A stretch of DNA of 64,000 nucleotides. Origin: Amphiscolops sp. MND2022. Taxonomy: Eukaryota. Below the pieces are notes generated by a model. It was not told where the DNA came from. It was given only the letters and a program-made list of their open reading frames with translations, and searched no databases. Shown here one piece after another: positions 35,387 through 49,228 of this stretch; position 1 is the stretch's first letter, and each line of letters opens with the position of its first letter. Both the position numbers and the translations under genes were made by a program. Location: the NCBI GenBank assembly GCA_964187785.1, contig OZ076409.1, positions 31,746,001 to 31,810,000 of the forward strand. The letters are read 5' to 3'.

Positions 35387-38300
35387 ATTTGCAGTGCCGC
35401 CAAAATGATTGGAGAACTCACACACTAATATTAGCAGTGCAAAAGAAGGCTTCAAGGATGTGAAAAATGATTGGGTTCTTTATTTTCATGGTTATCAATG
35501 CTACACATTGTTGTGAGAATTCTTTGCATGTTATTTCTTGAACTGTTTTGTGAATTCATGAAAAGTTTTCTAGATTCTTCAAACACTTCTGAGTTGTTGA
35601 AATTCGAATGTTTAGAGAATTGACAACAGTTGGATTTCGCACCTCCCAAAATGTGTTTTGAAGAAATCATAAAAATTGCGCCTTTCAAAGAATATTGCAG
35701 TGCCGCCAAAATGATTGGAGAACTCACACACTAATATTAGCAGTGCAAAAGAAGGTGTCAAGGATGTGAAAAATGATTTTTGGGTTCTTTATTTTCATGG
35801 TTATCAATGCTACACATTGGTGTGAGAATTCTTCGCATGTTGTTATTTCTTGAACTGTTTTGTGATTTCATGAAAAGTTTTCTAGATTCTTCAAACACTT
35901 CTGAGTTGTTGAAATTCGAATGTTTAGAGAATTGACAACAGTTGGATTTCGCACCTCCCAAAATGTGTTTTGAAGAGTTCATAAAAATTGCGCCTTTCAA
36001 AGAATATTGCAGTGCCGCCAAAATGATTGGAGAACTCACACACTAATATTAGCAGTGCAAAAGAAGGTGTCAAGGATGTGAAAAATGATTTTTGGGTTCT
36101 TTATTTTCATGGTTATCAATGCTACACATTGGTGTGAGAATTCTTCGCATGTTGTTATTTCTTGAACTGTTTTGTGAATTCATGAAAAGTTTTCTAGATT
36201 CTTCAAACACTTTTCTGAGTTGTTGAAATTCGAATGTTTAGAGAATTGACAACAGTTGGATTTCGCACCTACCAAAATGTGTTTTGAAGAAATCACAAAA
36301 ATTGCGCCTTTCAAAGAAATTTGCAGTGCCGCCAAAGTGATTGGAGAACTCACACTAATATTAGCAGTGCAAAAGAAGGTTTCAAAGATGTGAAAAATGA
36401 TTTGTGATTTCTTTGTTTTCATGGTTATCAATGCTACACATTGGTGTGAGAATTCTTCGCATGTTGTTATTTCTTGAACTGTTTTGTGAATTCATGAAAA
36501 TTTTTCTAGATTCTTCAAACACTTTTCTGAGTTGTTGAAATTTGAATGTTTAAAGAATTGACAACAGTTGGATTTCGCACCTACCAAAATGTGTTTTGAA
36601 GAAATCACAAAAATTGCGCCTTTCCAAGAAATTTGCAGTGCCGCCAAATTGATTGGACAACTCACACACTAATATTAGCAGTGCAAAAGAAGGTTTCAAG
36701 GCTGAGAAAAATGATTTTTGGGTTCTTTATTTTCATGGCTATCAAGGCTACACATGTAACAGCATTGCATTGGTGTGAGAATTCTTCGCATGTTGTTATT
36801 TCTTGAACTGTTTTGTGAATTCATGAAAATTTTTCCAGATTCTTCAAACACTTTTCTGAGTTGTTGAAATTCGAATGTTTAGAGAATTGACAACAGTTGG
36901 ATTGCGCACCTACCAAAATGTGTTTTGAAGAAATCACAAAAATTGCGCCTTTCAAAGAAATTTGCAGTGCCGCCAAAATGATTGGAGAACTCACACACTA
37001 ATATTAGCAGTGCAAAAGAAGGTTTCAAGGATGTGAAAAATGATTTGTGGGTTCTTTATTTTCATGGTTATCAATGCTACACATTGGTGTGAGAATTCTT
37101 CGCATGTTGTTATTTCTTGAACTGTTTTGTGAATTCATGAAAAGTTTTCTAGATTCTTCAAACACGTTTCTGAGTTGTTGAAATTCGAATGTTTAGAGAA
37201 TTGACAACAGTTGGATTTCGCACCTACCAAAATGTGTTTTGAAGAAATCACAAAAATTGCGCCTTTCAAAGAAATTTGCAGTGCCGCCAAAGTGATTGGA
37301 GAACTCACACTAATATTAGCAGTGCAAAAGAAGGTTTCAAAGATGTGAAAAATGATTTGTGATTTCTTTGTTTTCATGGTTATCAATGCTACACATTGGT
37401 GTGAGAATTCTTCGCATGTTGTTATTTCTTGAACTGTTTTGTGAATTCATGAAAATTTTTCTAGATTCTTCAAACACTTTTCTGAGTTGTTGAAATTTGA
37501 ATGTTTAAAGAATTGACAACAGTTGGATTTCGCACCTACCAAAATGTGTTTTGAAGAAATCACAAAAATTGCGCCTTTCCAAGAAATTTGCAGTGCCGCC
37601 AAAATGATTGGAGAACTCACACACTAATATTAGCAGTGCAAAAGAAGGTTTCAAGGCTGAGAAAAATGATTTTTGGGTTCTTTATTTTCATGGCTATCAA
37701 GGCTACACATGTAACAGCATTGCATTGGTGTGAGAATCCTTCGCATGTTGTTATTTCTTGAACTGTTTCGTGAATTCATGAAAATTTTTCCAGATTCTTC
37801 AAACACTTTTCTGAGTTGTTGAAATTCGAATGTTTAGAGAATTGACAACAGTTGGATTGCGCACCTACCAAAATGTGTTTTGAAGAAATCACAAAAATTG
37901 CGCCTTTCAAACAAATTTGCAGTGCCGCCAAAATGATTGGAGAACTCACACACTAATATTAGCAGTGCAAAAGAAGGTTTCAAGGATGTGAAAAATGCTT
38001 TGTGGGTTCTTTATTTTCATGGTTATCAATGCTACACATTGGTGTGAGAATTCTTCGCATGTTGTTATTTCTTGAACTGTTTTGTGAATTCATGAAAAGT
38101 TTTCTAGATTCTTCAAACACTTTTCTGAGTTGTTGAAATTCGAATGTTTAGAGAATTGACAACAGTTGGATTTCGCACCTACCAAAATGTGTTTTGAAGA
38201 AATCACAAAAATTGCGCCTTTCAAAGAAATTTGCAGTGCCGCCAAAGTGATTGGAGAACTCACACTAATATTAGCAGTGCAAAAGAAGGTTTCAAAGATG

Positions 38301-39444
38301 TGAAAAATGATTTGTGATTTCTTTGTTTTCATGGTTATCAATGCTACACATTGGTGTGAGAATTCTTCGCATGTTGTTATTTCTTGAACTGTTTTGTGAA
38401 TTCATGAAAATTTTTCTAGATTCTTCAAACACTTTTCTGAGTTGTTGAAATTTGAATGTTTAAAGAATTGACAACAGTTGGATTTCGCACCTACCAAAAT
38501 GTGTTTTGAAGAAATCACAAAAATTGCGCCTTTCCAAGAAATTTGCAGTGCCGCCAAAATGATTGGAGAACTCACACACTAATATTAGCAGTGCAAAAGA
38601 AAGTTTCAAGGCTGAGAAAAATGATTTTTGAGTTCTTTATTTTCATGGCTATCAAGGCTACACATGTAACAGCATTGCATTGGTGTGAGAATTCTTCGCA
38701 TGTTGTTATTTCTTGAACTGTTTCGTGAATTCATGAAAATTTTTCCAGATTCTTCAAACACTTTTCTGAGTTGTTGAAATTCGAATGTTTAGAGAATTGA
38801 CAACAGTTGGATTGCGCACCTACCAAAATGTGTTTTGAAGAAATCACAAAAATTGCGCCTTTCAAAGAAATTTGCAGTGCCGCCAAAATGATTGGAGAAC
38901 TCACACACTAATATTAGCAGTGCAAAAGAAGGTTTCAAGGCTGAGAAAAATGATTTTTGGGTTCTTTATTTTCATGGCTATCAAGGCTACACATGTAACA
39001 GCATTGCATTGGTGTGAGAATTCTTCGCATGTTGTTATTTCTTGAACTGTTTCGTGAATTCATGAAAATTTTTCCAGATTCTTCAAACACTTTTCTGAGT
39101 TGTTGAAATTCGAATGTTTAGAGAATTGACAACAGTTGGATTGCGCACCTACCAAAATGTGTTTTGAAGAAATCACAAAAATTGCGCCTTTCAAAGAAAT
39201 TTGCAGTGCCGCCAAAATGATTGGAGAACTCACACACTAATATTAGCAGTGCAAAAGAAGGTTTCAAGGATGTGAAAAATGATTTGTGGGTTCTTTATTT
39301 TCATGGTTATCAATGCTACACATTGGTGTGAGAATTCTTCGCATGTTGTTATTTCTTGAACTGTTTTGTGAATTCATGAAAAGTTTTCTAGATTCTTCAA
39401 ACACTTTTCTGAGTTGTTGAAATTCGAATGTTTAGAGAATTGAC
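35387..39444. repeat. Satellite array, left arm (~13 units of ~306-329 bp, 955-bp trimeric higher-order repeat)
   Basis: Recurrent TGCAGTGCCGCCAAA.TGATTGGAGAACTC. Near-identical ORF artefacts at 36180, 37135 and 38090 are exactly 955 bp apart. Confidence 0.95.
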
Positions 39445-40973
39445 TGTGATGCCATGATGCATGTCCTCAAAGATTCTACAAATCTGAAATACTCTGAACT
39501 CTTAACCAAAGTAATTAGTAAATGTAATCTCAATTGAAAGCTAAGTATTCTAGAAGAAACTTCACCTAATATATCCTGTAACAAGCTTTTTAGATTCATC
39601 CTGTTGCTGTCACATTGCTAATTGATGCAACCTACCCTGAATAATAGAATATATCTACTCGGAGAAATTGAGAATTCATCCTGACGATCGGTCTTCTCTC
39701 CAGCACTTCAAGAACTGAGATCTCAGAAATAGATTGTACGTAGAACTAGCTAGCTACAAGGTATAAGTAAGACGACTCTGCTGTTAAAATCCTAGACTTC
39801 TTATGTCCGTAATAAAACATCTAAAAGAAACAACCACCACAATTTTTAACAGCCCAATTGGTGCGACCAAGAAATATCTTCTTTCTCTCCCATTCATTTC
39901 ACAACTCTACAATTGTTGTACACCTTTTCTCGACTTTCTCATCCGATATCTTTTTGTTCGACGCACAGTTTCTCCACCTCTCAATATAGCCTACCGTTAT
40001 TAACTTCAACGTTGCAACCAATTTCCACTAGAAATTGATTCGTGTTGCTATGGTTCTGACTACGTCTCCTCACGCAATTCCTGTCAGTTACATTTCTTGG
40101 TTCTGACTGCGTTTCTCAACGTAAATCCTGTCAGTCATATTTCTTGGTTCTGACTACGTTTATTCGCGTAATTCCTGTCAGTAAAAATTTTTTCGTTCCA
40201 ACAACCTCTGAGTGAATTCGTGTTGGCTTTCTCTCTTTCTTCCGTTCCAACCGCAGACGTGCGATACGTGTTGGCCCTTCTACAGTGCTATCCAGCGATT
40301 CCTGCTAGTAAAAAAATTCTTTGGTTCTAGCCGCTAGGATCAACTTTAAAGTTGGCACACTTATATAACATATATTTTTTACATAACACCATTATAACAC
40401 TTTTCTTTCTCTCTCTTCTATAGTACAAACATCATACAAAACTCTTTCAAAACAAGTTTACGGATCCAAATACATAACAATTAAAATATATAACAAATTT
40501 ATTAAACTTCATTTTTCCTACATTTATATAATACATTTTTATACAACTTCTTTGACACACTCTTAACAGAACTTTATTGTACATGCCGTCATCAGTAGAC
40601 ATTGTAGTTAAGCTCATTGTCTGCTTTTGGTTCTTTATTGCTATTGTTGCCGGTCTTGCACTTTTTCTTGACAAATTCCTAATTTCGTTCATACCAAAAT
40701 TTTAAAGTACAACTTTTACCTTCTATGTTAACAAGTATAGTACTACCTCTTTTTGGACTGCTTAGTATTTACCATACTTTTTATACACTTATCCAATATA
40801 TACAAAACCCATTCCTTCTTTTCGTAAGTACAGCACTTACAATCTTCTTACAAGTTGTAATCATAGACCAAATCTTAGCATATAATTCACAATTCAATAC
40901 AAAATATCTTCTTTTCCAATACGTCTATCCTTTATGGCAATCTTATTATACTAACTAAATCTTACACTAAATA

Positions 40974-43900
40974 ATGCTTCCTACTCCATTTACATTAAAT
41001 ACAGGAAAAAGACAAAATCGATCTCTCATACAAGATGTAACACTTTTTCTGAAAAACATCATTTTTCAGTACACAAATCCACTTCCGTTCGAAACAGAAA
41101 ACCATACAGTGCATACTATTCCATTAGCACGAGAACATTGTGATTCTTATCTTTATTACATTCGATATAAAACACTTGAAATAACATCATCACAAACCCC
41201 TTTTCAAGTTATTTTTAACCCAGTTAAAGGAATAAGCTCTGGAACATTTTATAGAACCATTCACCCACAAAATGTTACACTTTCTATACAAGATGTTTTC
41301 CGCACATATATGCAAAAACTCATCGAATTCAATGAAAACCAAGACACACCACTCTATTGTCCTTCTCACCTACAAGAACTAAAACACAGATCTGAATATT
41401 TTGAGGTCACCGATCTTGACACAAAAGTTAAAAGACATGATAACCCTCATCATTGGCTACAACGAGATATTTTACAAATAAAACGTTTTCAATACAGATT
41501 CTTTAACAACATTATCCTTACGGATGACACTATACCTCAAGTCAAAATTTTCACCCAATTCCTATTAAAGTTTCTTAGATTTAATTATCAATTACTTTGC
41601 GAACAAAAAGATCAACAAGCTTACATTACCTTCCCCCAAACACTAACACATATAGAACTTTTACCATACATTATTAAAAATGAAAACAAACATTTACAAT
41701 ACAGAGATCTTACATCATTCAATGTTACACATTTTGAACAAATAAACTTAGATCACAACTTTTTGGTTGAACATTCTGAAACATCAGATAACAGACCTTT
41801 TATTACATCCGATGCTTCTCCTGAAACAACTCCTGAAGAACAAACCTCTAATGTTGAACCTTTATATACGAGACAACAATCAGAACAATCAGAACAAGAA
41901 GCCCTTGCTAACCTGTTTCAAAATTCTGATCCTCCTCAAGAACAACCACTATACCCACCACTATCACAAATCTCAGATATACAACAACCAAATCCTTTTG
42001 AAACAACTACAAATCACGATACATCAGAATTCTCTGAAGAAACAGTACAAAATACACGAAGTTTTACAATAACTGATGATTCAAATATTATAATAATTCC
42101 TACCCACAATATCACACAAAACGAATTTAACAACCAAAATCAAGACAACACTTTAACTACAAATCCAGACAATACCTCCGTTTTATCTACATCCAATACT
42201 AATATTACACAACCCTCTCAGACACAAATATCATCTCCTCGAAACTATAATCCACCTCCTGTTCCACCTCGATTCTCAACTCAGATAAACATCCATAATT
42301 CTTCCCAACAAAGCTCATCAAATACACACCATATTACACAGAACACTAAAACAGTACATTTTCAAACACCAACCCCACCATCACCTGCTGAAATACAAAC
42401 TTCAACTTATACTCCAGCTCAAACTAACCCAGTACCAACACAACCTACTTTAAATATTAACACCGTTCATTCCAACCTATCCTCCAATTATACCGCTGCC
42501 AGACATCTTTCTCGACCTCCATTACAAACTATATTAACTAATCCATTATCGTACAGTCTTACCAGTACTAATCCAAGTCATACACAACCATCTCAGATAA
42601 ATTACAACACACCCAATCCATTAAACACTCTTTCTTCTCAACGTAGGTCTAATACAATCACACCTACATCACAAACTTCCTAATACCAAATACAAAATCC
42701 TCCTTCAACAACAATTAGAACCAACCCTCACTTTCATAACACTTCTACTACTTCCTTAACTAATAGTTCAAATAATCCTACTTACAATACAACACCACCA
42801 TCTACCGTATCTTATAATACTATGTCACACCCAACATATATTAACTCTTCTACTTCTTTATCGGAACCCATTAAACCTTCTGATGGACTAGATCATAATT
42901 ATACACCTGAAGAATATTTACAACATATAGAGGCACGTGTTACATTTTCCTTAGCTCTATAACCTACATCAGAACATGAATATAAATTTTGGCACGCTCG
43001 TCGCATGGCTTTCATACAATGCTCTTTAACAGGTAGAGCACTTAGTTGGAACACTCGTTTAAACGACACCTATAAACATGATTGGCACGCTTTTGTACAA
43101 GCTTTCAAAAAACAATTTTCCTCACAAAAGAACGCTTATTATGCTCAAATTGAAGCCCTTAATTTAACCAAAAAAAATAATGAAACAGTACGTCATTTTG
43201 CACTCAAAGTTCAACAGCTGGTTGAAAAAGGCTGGTGCAATGAAAATGCATCCACTATTAACCTTAAATGTAATGAAATCTTTACAAAAGGACTTCCAAA
43301 AAATCTTAAAGACTTTGCAAACAAAAGACAAGTAAAACACACTTCCACTGTTTTAGAACCTTCAATTCCTTTTCATACATTACTAAAACTTGTTGACGCT
43401 GAAGATATTGCAAACAACAAAATCAGAACACATGACCTTGCTCTTGAAATTAATAATATTACAAAACATTTGAACACTCAAACTCTTGACCCTTCATCTC
43501 AAGAACAACTTATGTTTACACAACCCAAAGATCCAAATAACAAAAATAAACCTGCATATAAGAAATATTGCTCATACTGTCATAGAACAAATCACTCCAC
43601 TTCTGCTTGTTTCAAAAAACAACGAGATGATGAAGATAAACGAGAAGCATATGCTCGATCTAAATCTCCAGAAAAATCTTTTGTATAATACTTCCGTTCT
43701 CCTTCAAACGATAGAACAAAACACTATGATAATCGATACCGAAGTCGAAGTATCTCAAGAGACAACTCTTACAATAAAAACTATTCACAAAATCGATACC
43801 GTTCTACATCTAGAGATAGATTTAGTTACGATAAAAGTACTCCTCCTCCACACTACTCTAGATCACGATATGATACATATAAACGTGATTCCCGGTCCTA

Positions 43901-46900
43901 CCGTTCTCCTTACAGATCTTCATACAGATCCCCATATCGACACAACTCTCGTCCTAGATACAGATCACGCTCCTATTCCAGAGACAACAAATTCACAAAT
44001 TATACAAATTCATACAGACCAGCTTCAAGACCAAGAGACTCTAGATTTTCTAGATCTTGCTCACACTCCAATACCAGAAACAAAATTAATATGATACAAC
44101 AACAAGACCAATCTGACCCTATAAAATTTGAAGTACACATGTATCACCCAACAGCAATGGCAAATGCTGTCACACCTACAAGTTGGTTTTATACATTATA
44201 TGTACATACACCATCAAGTATAGTACAAAGAGACAACCCATCTAGATTGGAAATTGCATTCCTTCTAGATAGCGGTGCTTCTATTTCTGTATTAAATTAC
44301 CCAACATACATAATTCTTACAAAACCCTTAGATATCAGATCTAATCACACTTCCGATGTTGGACCAACTCGAAATTCCAAAACATTAACCGTTGCAAACC
44401 AAACTGAAGTTCCTATTTTACACTATGCAAATATAATTTTGAACACTACTATTGATGAAAACTCCCGTTACTTTTCAGTACCTTTTGCAGTAGCTGATAT
44501 CAAATACAACATTCTTGGCACACCCTTCTTTGAAGATAATATACAAAACATAAACATACAAGACTTTACACTCGAATTCAAATACCAATCGAAAACACAC
44601 CCAAATTATGCAAAGTTCACAACACTCTTATCTGAAGATTATCCATATTTCTCTTACATTTATAGAACTAATTCAAAGACTCAAATACGCCTGAAACCCA
44701 AGTCTTCAAAAATTGCACACTTTCCAATAAAAAACTATCATAACCTCCATTTTACAACTACACCACAAAACCACTTCTTCCCTTCAGTACCTCATACCTA
44801 TTTTGCTACTAAATTTCGTACAAATTTCAATTTTATTGAAGTATTAACTGATGACAAACCATATACTTGTGCAACTATCATCCAAATCACCTCAAAACAT
44901 GTTGCAACACTGCCTACAGGACATATTGGATACATTGAAGTTCCAATTACTAATGAAAAACCCAAATTCTTCCAAGTTAAGGATAGTAACACTTTAATAC
45001 ATAATGTTACTCATACCTACCATCCTGAAATCATTGAACCAGTTCCACAAACTAACCATATCGTACAATACGATGATCCTACAACCCCTCCTCCTCATTT
45101 CTCCTTACATCAAATTTATATGACAAATGATGACATTCCAAATCAAACTTCTCCTTCATATAACGTTTAGCCTACTTCTCATACTTCCGAAAAACGCATT
45201 TTTCCTTCTCTTCCATACACTTCTGAAAATCTGAAATTTATTAATAAATTTAACTTCCAATTTTCTGACCTTACAGACACCGAATACATTACTCTTTGCA
45301 ATATGTTACTCAAGTATAAAACATGTTATGCAACTCATAAAAACGATGTTGGAAAAATTTCAACACCCTTCCCTATTCGCCTTAAACCTAATGCTCAACT
45401 TATGACACAACGTCCTTCTAAAGTCCCTATTCACTACCGAGACAAACTTAATGTACTTCTCAAAGAACTCGAAAAATATAACTTTATCAAACAAATTGGT
45501 TCCTCTCCACAAGACAAACCCGTTTATGGCAAAACCTTATTTAAACCCTCTCATTAAAATCCCCAAGGGAGATACTATAAAATGTGTATTAGACGCTCGA
45601 CATCCTAACTCCAATACAGAACAATCTGATGAATCTTGGCCTATTGAACCTCTCGCTCCACAATTAGCACGCGCAAACAAAAAGTACAAATCTGTTATTG
45701 ATCTTATGTATGCCTATGCACATACAGCTCTTCATGAAGACACTTTTAGACTTACCAGTTTTTCCTCAGGAGATAAACTTTTCGCTTTCATCCGAGACTT
45801 TTATGGTCTCAAAGGACTCCCAAACTTCTTTACAAAACAAATGTCTACCTTCTTTAAAACTCTTATAGAACAAGGTTTTGCTCTTGTCTACATTGACGAT
45901 ATATTACTTTTATCTGACTCTAAAGAACACTTGTTCCAACTCATAGAACAATTACACATAATTAGTACAAAAAACAATCTTAAACTAGTCCCTGAAAAAT
46001 CCTTTTTCATGCTTCTTAAAGTCAAATTTCTTGGACATGAAATTGGTTACAATACAATTAAACCAATCCATTCGAAAATTGCAGCTATCCATAAAATCCC
46101 TTCTCCAACTGGCAAAGTTGCCCTATTGAGTTTCATTGGTGCACTCAATTTTTACCCCAAATTTATTGAAAAACTACATATTAACCTCAAACCATTTTAC
46201 GATCTTTTACATACACTCCTTGGAAATGGACAGACGAACACGAAAGTCTTTCCCAAAAACTTAAAATGTCTCTCACTTCTGAAACAGAACTTACAATACC
46301 AAATACAAAACATCCATTTTTCATTACAGTTGACGCTTCCCTTATTGGATTAGGCGCTGTCTTATTCCAATTAAATGAACAAAACAAAATGAAAGTTATA
46401 TCGTACAACTCTCGTATACTTAACCCACAAGAACAAAAACTCTCCACACTTGATAGAGAACTTCTTGGTATAGTACATGCCCTCCAAATTTATGAATTTC
46501 TTATCATTGGTTCTCCCCATCCAATACACATTTTTACTGATCACGAACCTTTATTACATTGTTTTACAAAGAAAGGTAACCTTAGTCCTCGTTTTTATAG
46601 AGCTCAAATGCAGTTTACAAAATTTTCAAAACTCAAAATAATTCACCTTCCTGGAAAAAATCTCTCTGTTGCCGATATGTTAAGTCGCTCTTTTACAAAA
46701 GCTGAATTACAACTCAACCAATTAAAACATAAACAACTTCCACCACAAATTGATTTTGCACTTCTACAAGATAACACTCTTAAACCTGTACATTACTTAA
46801 TTAAACATGAAGAAATCTTACATCATCAAAAACATGACTTTCACCCAATTCTCGCTGATTATGGTACAGACCAATTCTCTATTCGTATCAATGATAAAGG

Positions 46901-49109
46901 AAATGACATTGTTGTCAAATCGTTACAATCTTTCTCATTCAAATCTATAACTCCTTTTCAAACCAAGTTCAAAACACCTATAAAAAAGAACAATAAAACC
47001 CTTCATCAACAATCTCTCTTACTCAAAGATAATGACGTTACAAGCGATGACGAAGATCATATGTATACCAGAATTCCAAAATCTGACTCTTCTTTCCTAC
47101 ATGACACAACAATACAAACAAAAAACCATTCTACTCTTAACCAATTAACCCCAAATACCTGACAAAAATCTGTTTCTGCAATAAATGTACAACCAAATCT
47201 ACCATCTCTCACACATTGTCCACAGATTATACCTTTCTATGATACATCATTTTTTAGGTACAAAAACTATTTTCAAGGTTTTTTCCTCCCAGATGACTAT
47301 TCATTAGACATAACAACACTTCAACAACAACAATCCCAAGACCCGGTTCTTAGAACTGTTTATTCTTGGATCATGAAAAATGAAAAACCTGAAACTCTAA
47401 CACCACTTATCACTGGCACTCCTTTTCTACATGCTTATTACAAAAGATTTTCAGAACTTTTTATAGATGACTCCACAAATCGTATTAGCGTTTATACTAA
47501 ACACCCTACTACTCTAAACCAATCTTTTATTCCAGATTTTGTACGCGCTACTATTCGAATATGTCTTCCATTTCGACTCTTCAAAACTGTTTTTAACAAA
47601 CTTCATGAACATTCCCATACAGGCATCAAAATTACATATAACACATTCGCACAATATTACTACATTCCATTTGTTGAAAAATGGTTTTCCATTTTTTTAC
47701 ATGACTGTATTGAATGTCAACGCAATAAACAGTTCAACATGAAAATTCAAACTGCTCCTACACAAACTTTTTCAGATCACGCTCCATCCTTCAATTACCG
47801 CATTTCAATGGACACTAAAGGACCTATTAATCCTCCTTCCCACAACAAATCATATATACATGTAATAATTGACGCTTTTAGTCACTTAGTTGTTACAGTA
47901 CCCATCAAATCAAACAACGCAAAGACTGCTATCAAAACTCTTCTACACCATTGGATTATTAAGTTTGGACCACCCATATATCTTGTCACTGATCGTGGAT
48001 CAGAATATGTTAATAAAGAAATGGCACACCTTTGTACACTTATGGGAATTCGTCATTCTCCTAGAACAGCTTACTCTCCTTGGACAAATGGCCTTGTCGA
48101 AGCATATAACAGAAATCTTGGTACACACCTACGAATGTTCTTACATGACACACCTAAAGATTGGGCATTCCAAGTCCATATGTACGCTTATGCACATAAT
48201 TCACAACTACTTTCAGAACTCAGTATTTCTCCTCATGAAATTGTTTTTCACACCAGACCCAGAATCCCCCTTACGTTCGATTTAAATTTTAACAGAGACA
48301 CCTCTAAAACATGTATTTCACGCTATTGCTCTCAACTTCCAGAATACTCCCACTATGATAAATCAGATCTTAATCCATTTTTTTTATAAAACACTTTCAA
48401 AACCCATTCCCCATTGGTTTCTCGCCGTAGAAACTGCTACCCCTACGGTAAACCCCTTCCTATTGGCACCTTTGTTTTAAAACGAAATTTCACACACGTC
48501 CATTTTTCTGACAAACTAAAACCCCTTCGGATTGGACCATACAAAATTATTGATCGACTATCAGATGTTACATATGAACTACTTGCACAAGATGGTTCTA
48601 CAATACATGTTCATAGAAATCATTTAATTCCATATTATCCAAAAGAACCACTCTTATATCCACATTTGCGTAGCTTCATGCGCTTTTCAGACACAACTCA
48701 ATTCCAAATTCCACAACCTACCAAATATGCAAACAGTGATTCTTCCCCTTTTAACTCAGACTAATCCTTATCAGACGAAGATTCTCAAACATTCATGACA
48801 CCATCCACAACGGAAAATTCTTCTCAAACATTTGTGACACCATCATCATTTAGTACGTCCAACCAAAATACACCATCTACAACATCCAATGACAAGTCTT
48901 TAACTTCCTCAACCAATGACAACTACTTATATAAACATATAATTAACACCCCTCACACTAATATCTCTAGTGACAGATCAACACACCCTTCTATAAACCA
49001 AACAACTTCACTTCCTCCTCTAACTGACAGAACTACTAAAACTACTTATAAACTACGACAACAACTCAAATTAGATTATAGACTTTTTATTACACCCTCA
49101 AAACTGTAA
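40974..49109 (+). pseudogene. Single ancestral gag-pol polyprotein (~2700 codons) broken by stops and frameshifts
   Basis: ORF pieces at 40974, 43005, 44091, 45303, 46266, 47373, 48414 and 48795 share one frame. Capsid-like region, CSYCHRTNHSTSAC, FLLDSGAS, YIDD, VDAS..DRELLGI..FTDH, H..H..C..C, MDTKGP, TDRGSEY, NGLVE and GPY. Confidence 0.9.
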
Positions 49110-49228
49110 CCTCATCATTCTATCTGCTGGCTCACTCAAAACTAGTCACTACAGCTGAATGAAAGATAACCAATAACATGTTATCTTAAAGATAACCTGT
49201 TGAAAACATTTCAAGAATCCTGGATTCT

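Noticed and set aside
39680..39735. Hammerhead ribozyme core (CTGACGA...GAAA) in the LTR
   Set aside because: Stem II does not close next to the core, and the 3' LTR copy lacks the G of GAAA.
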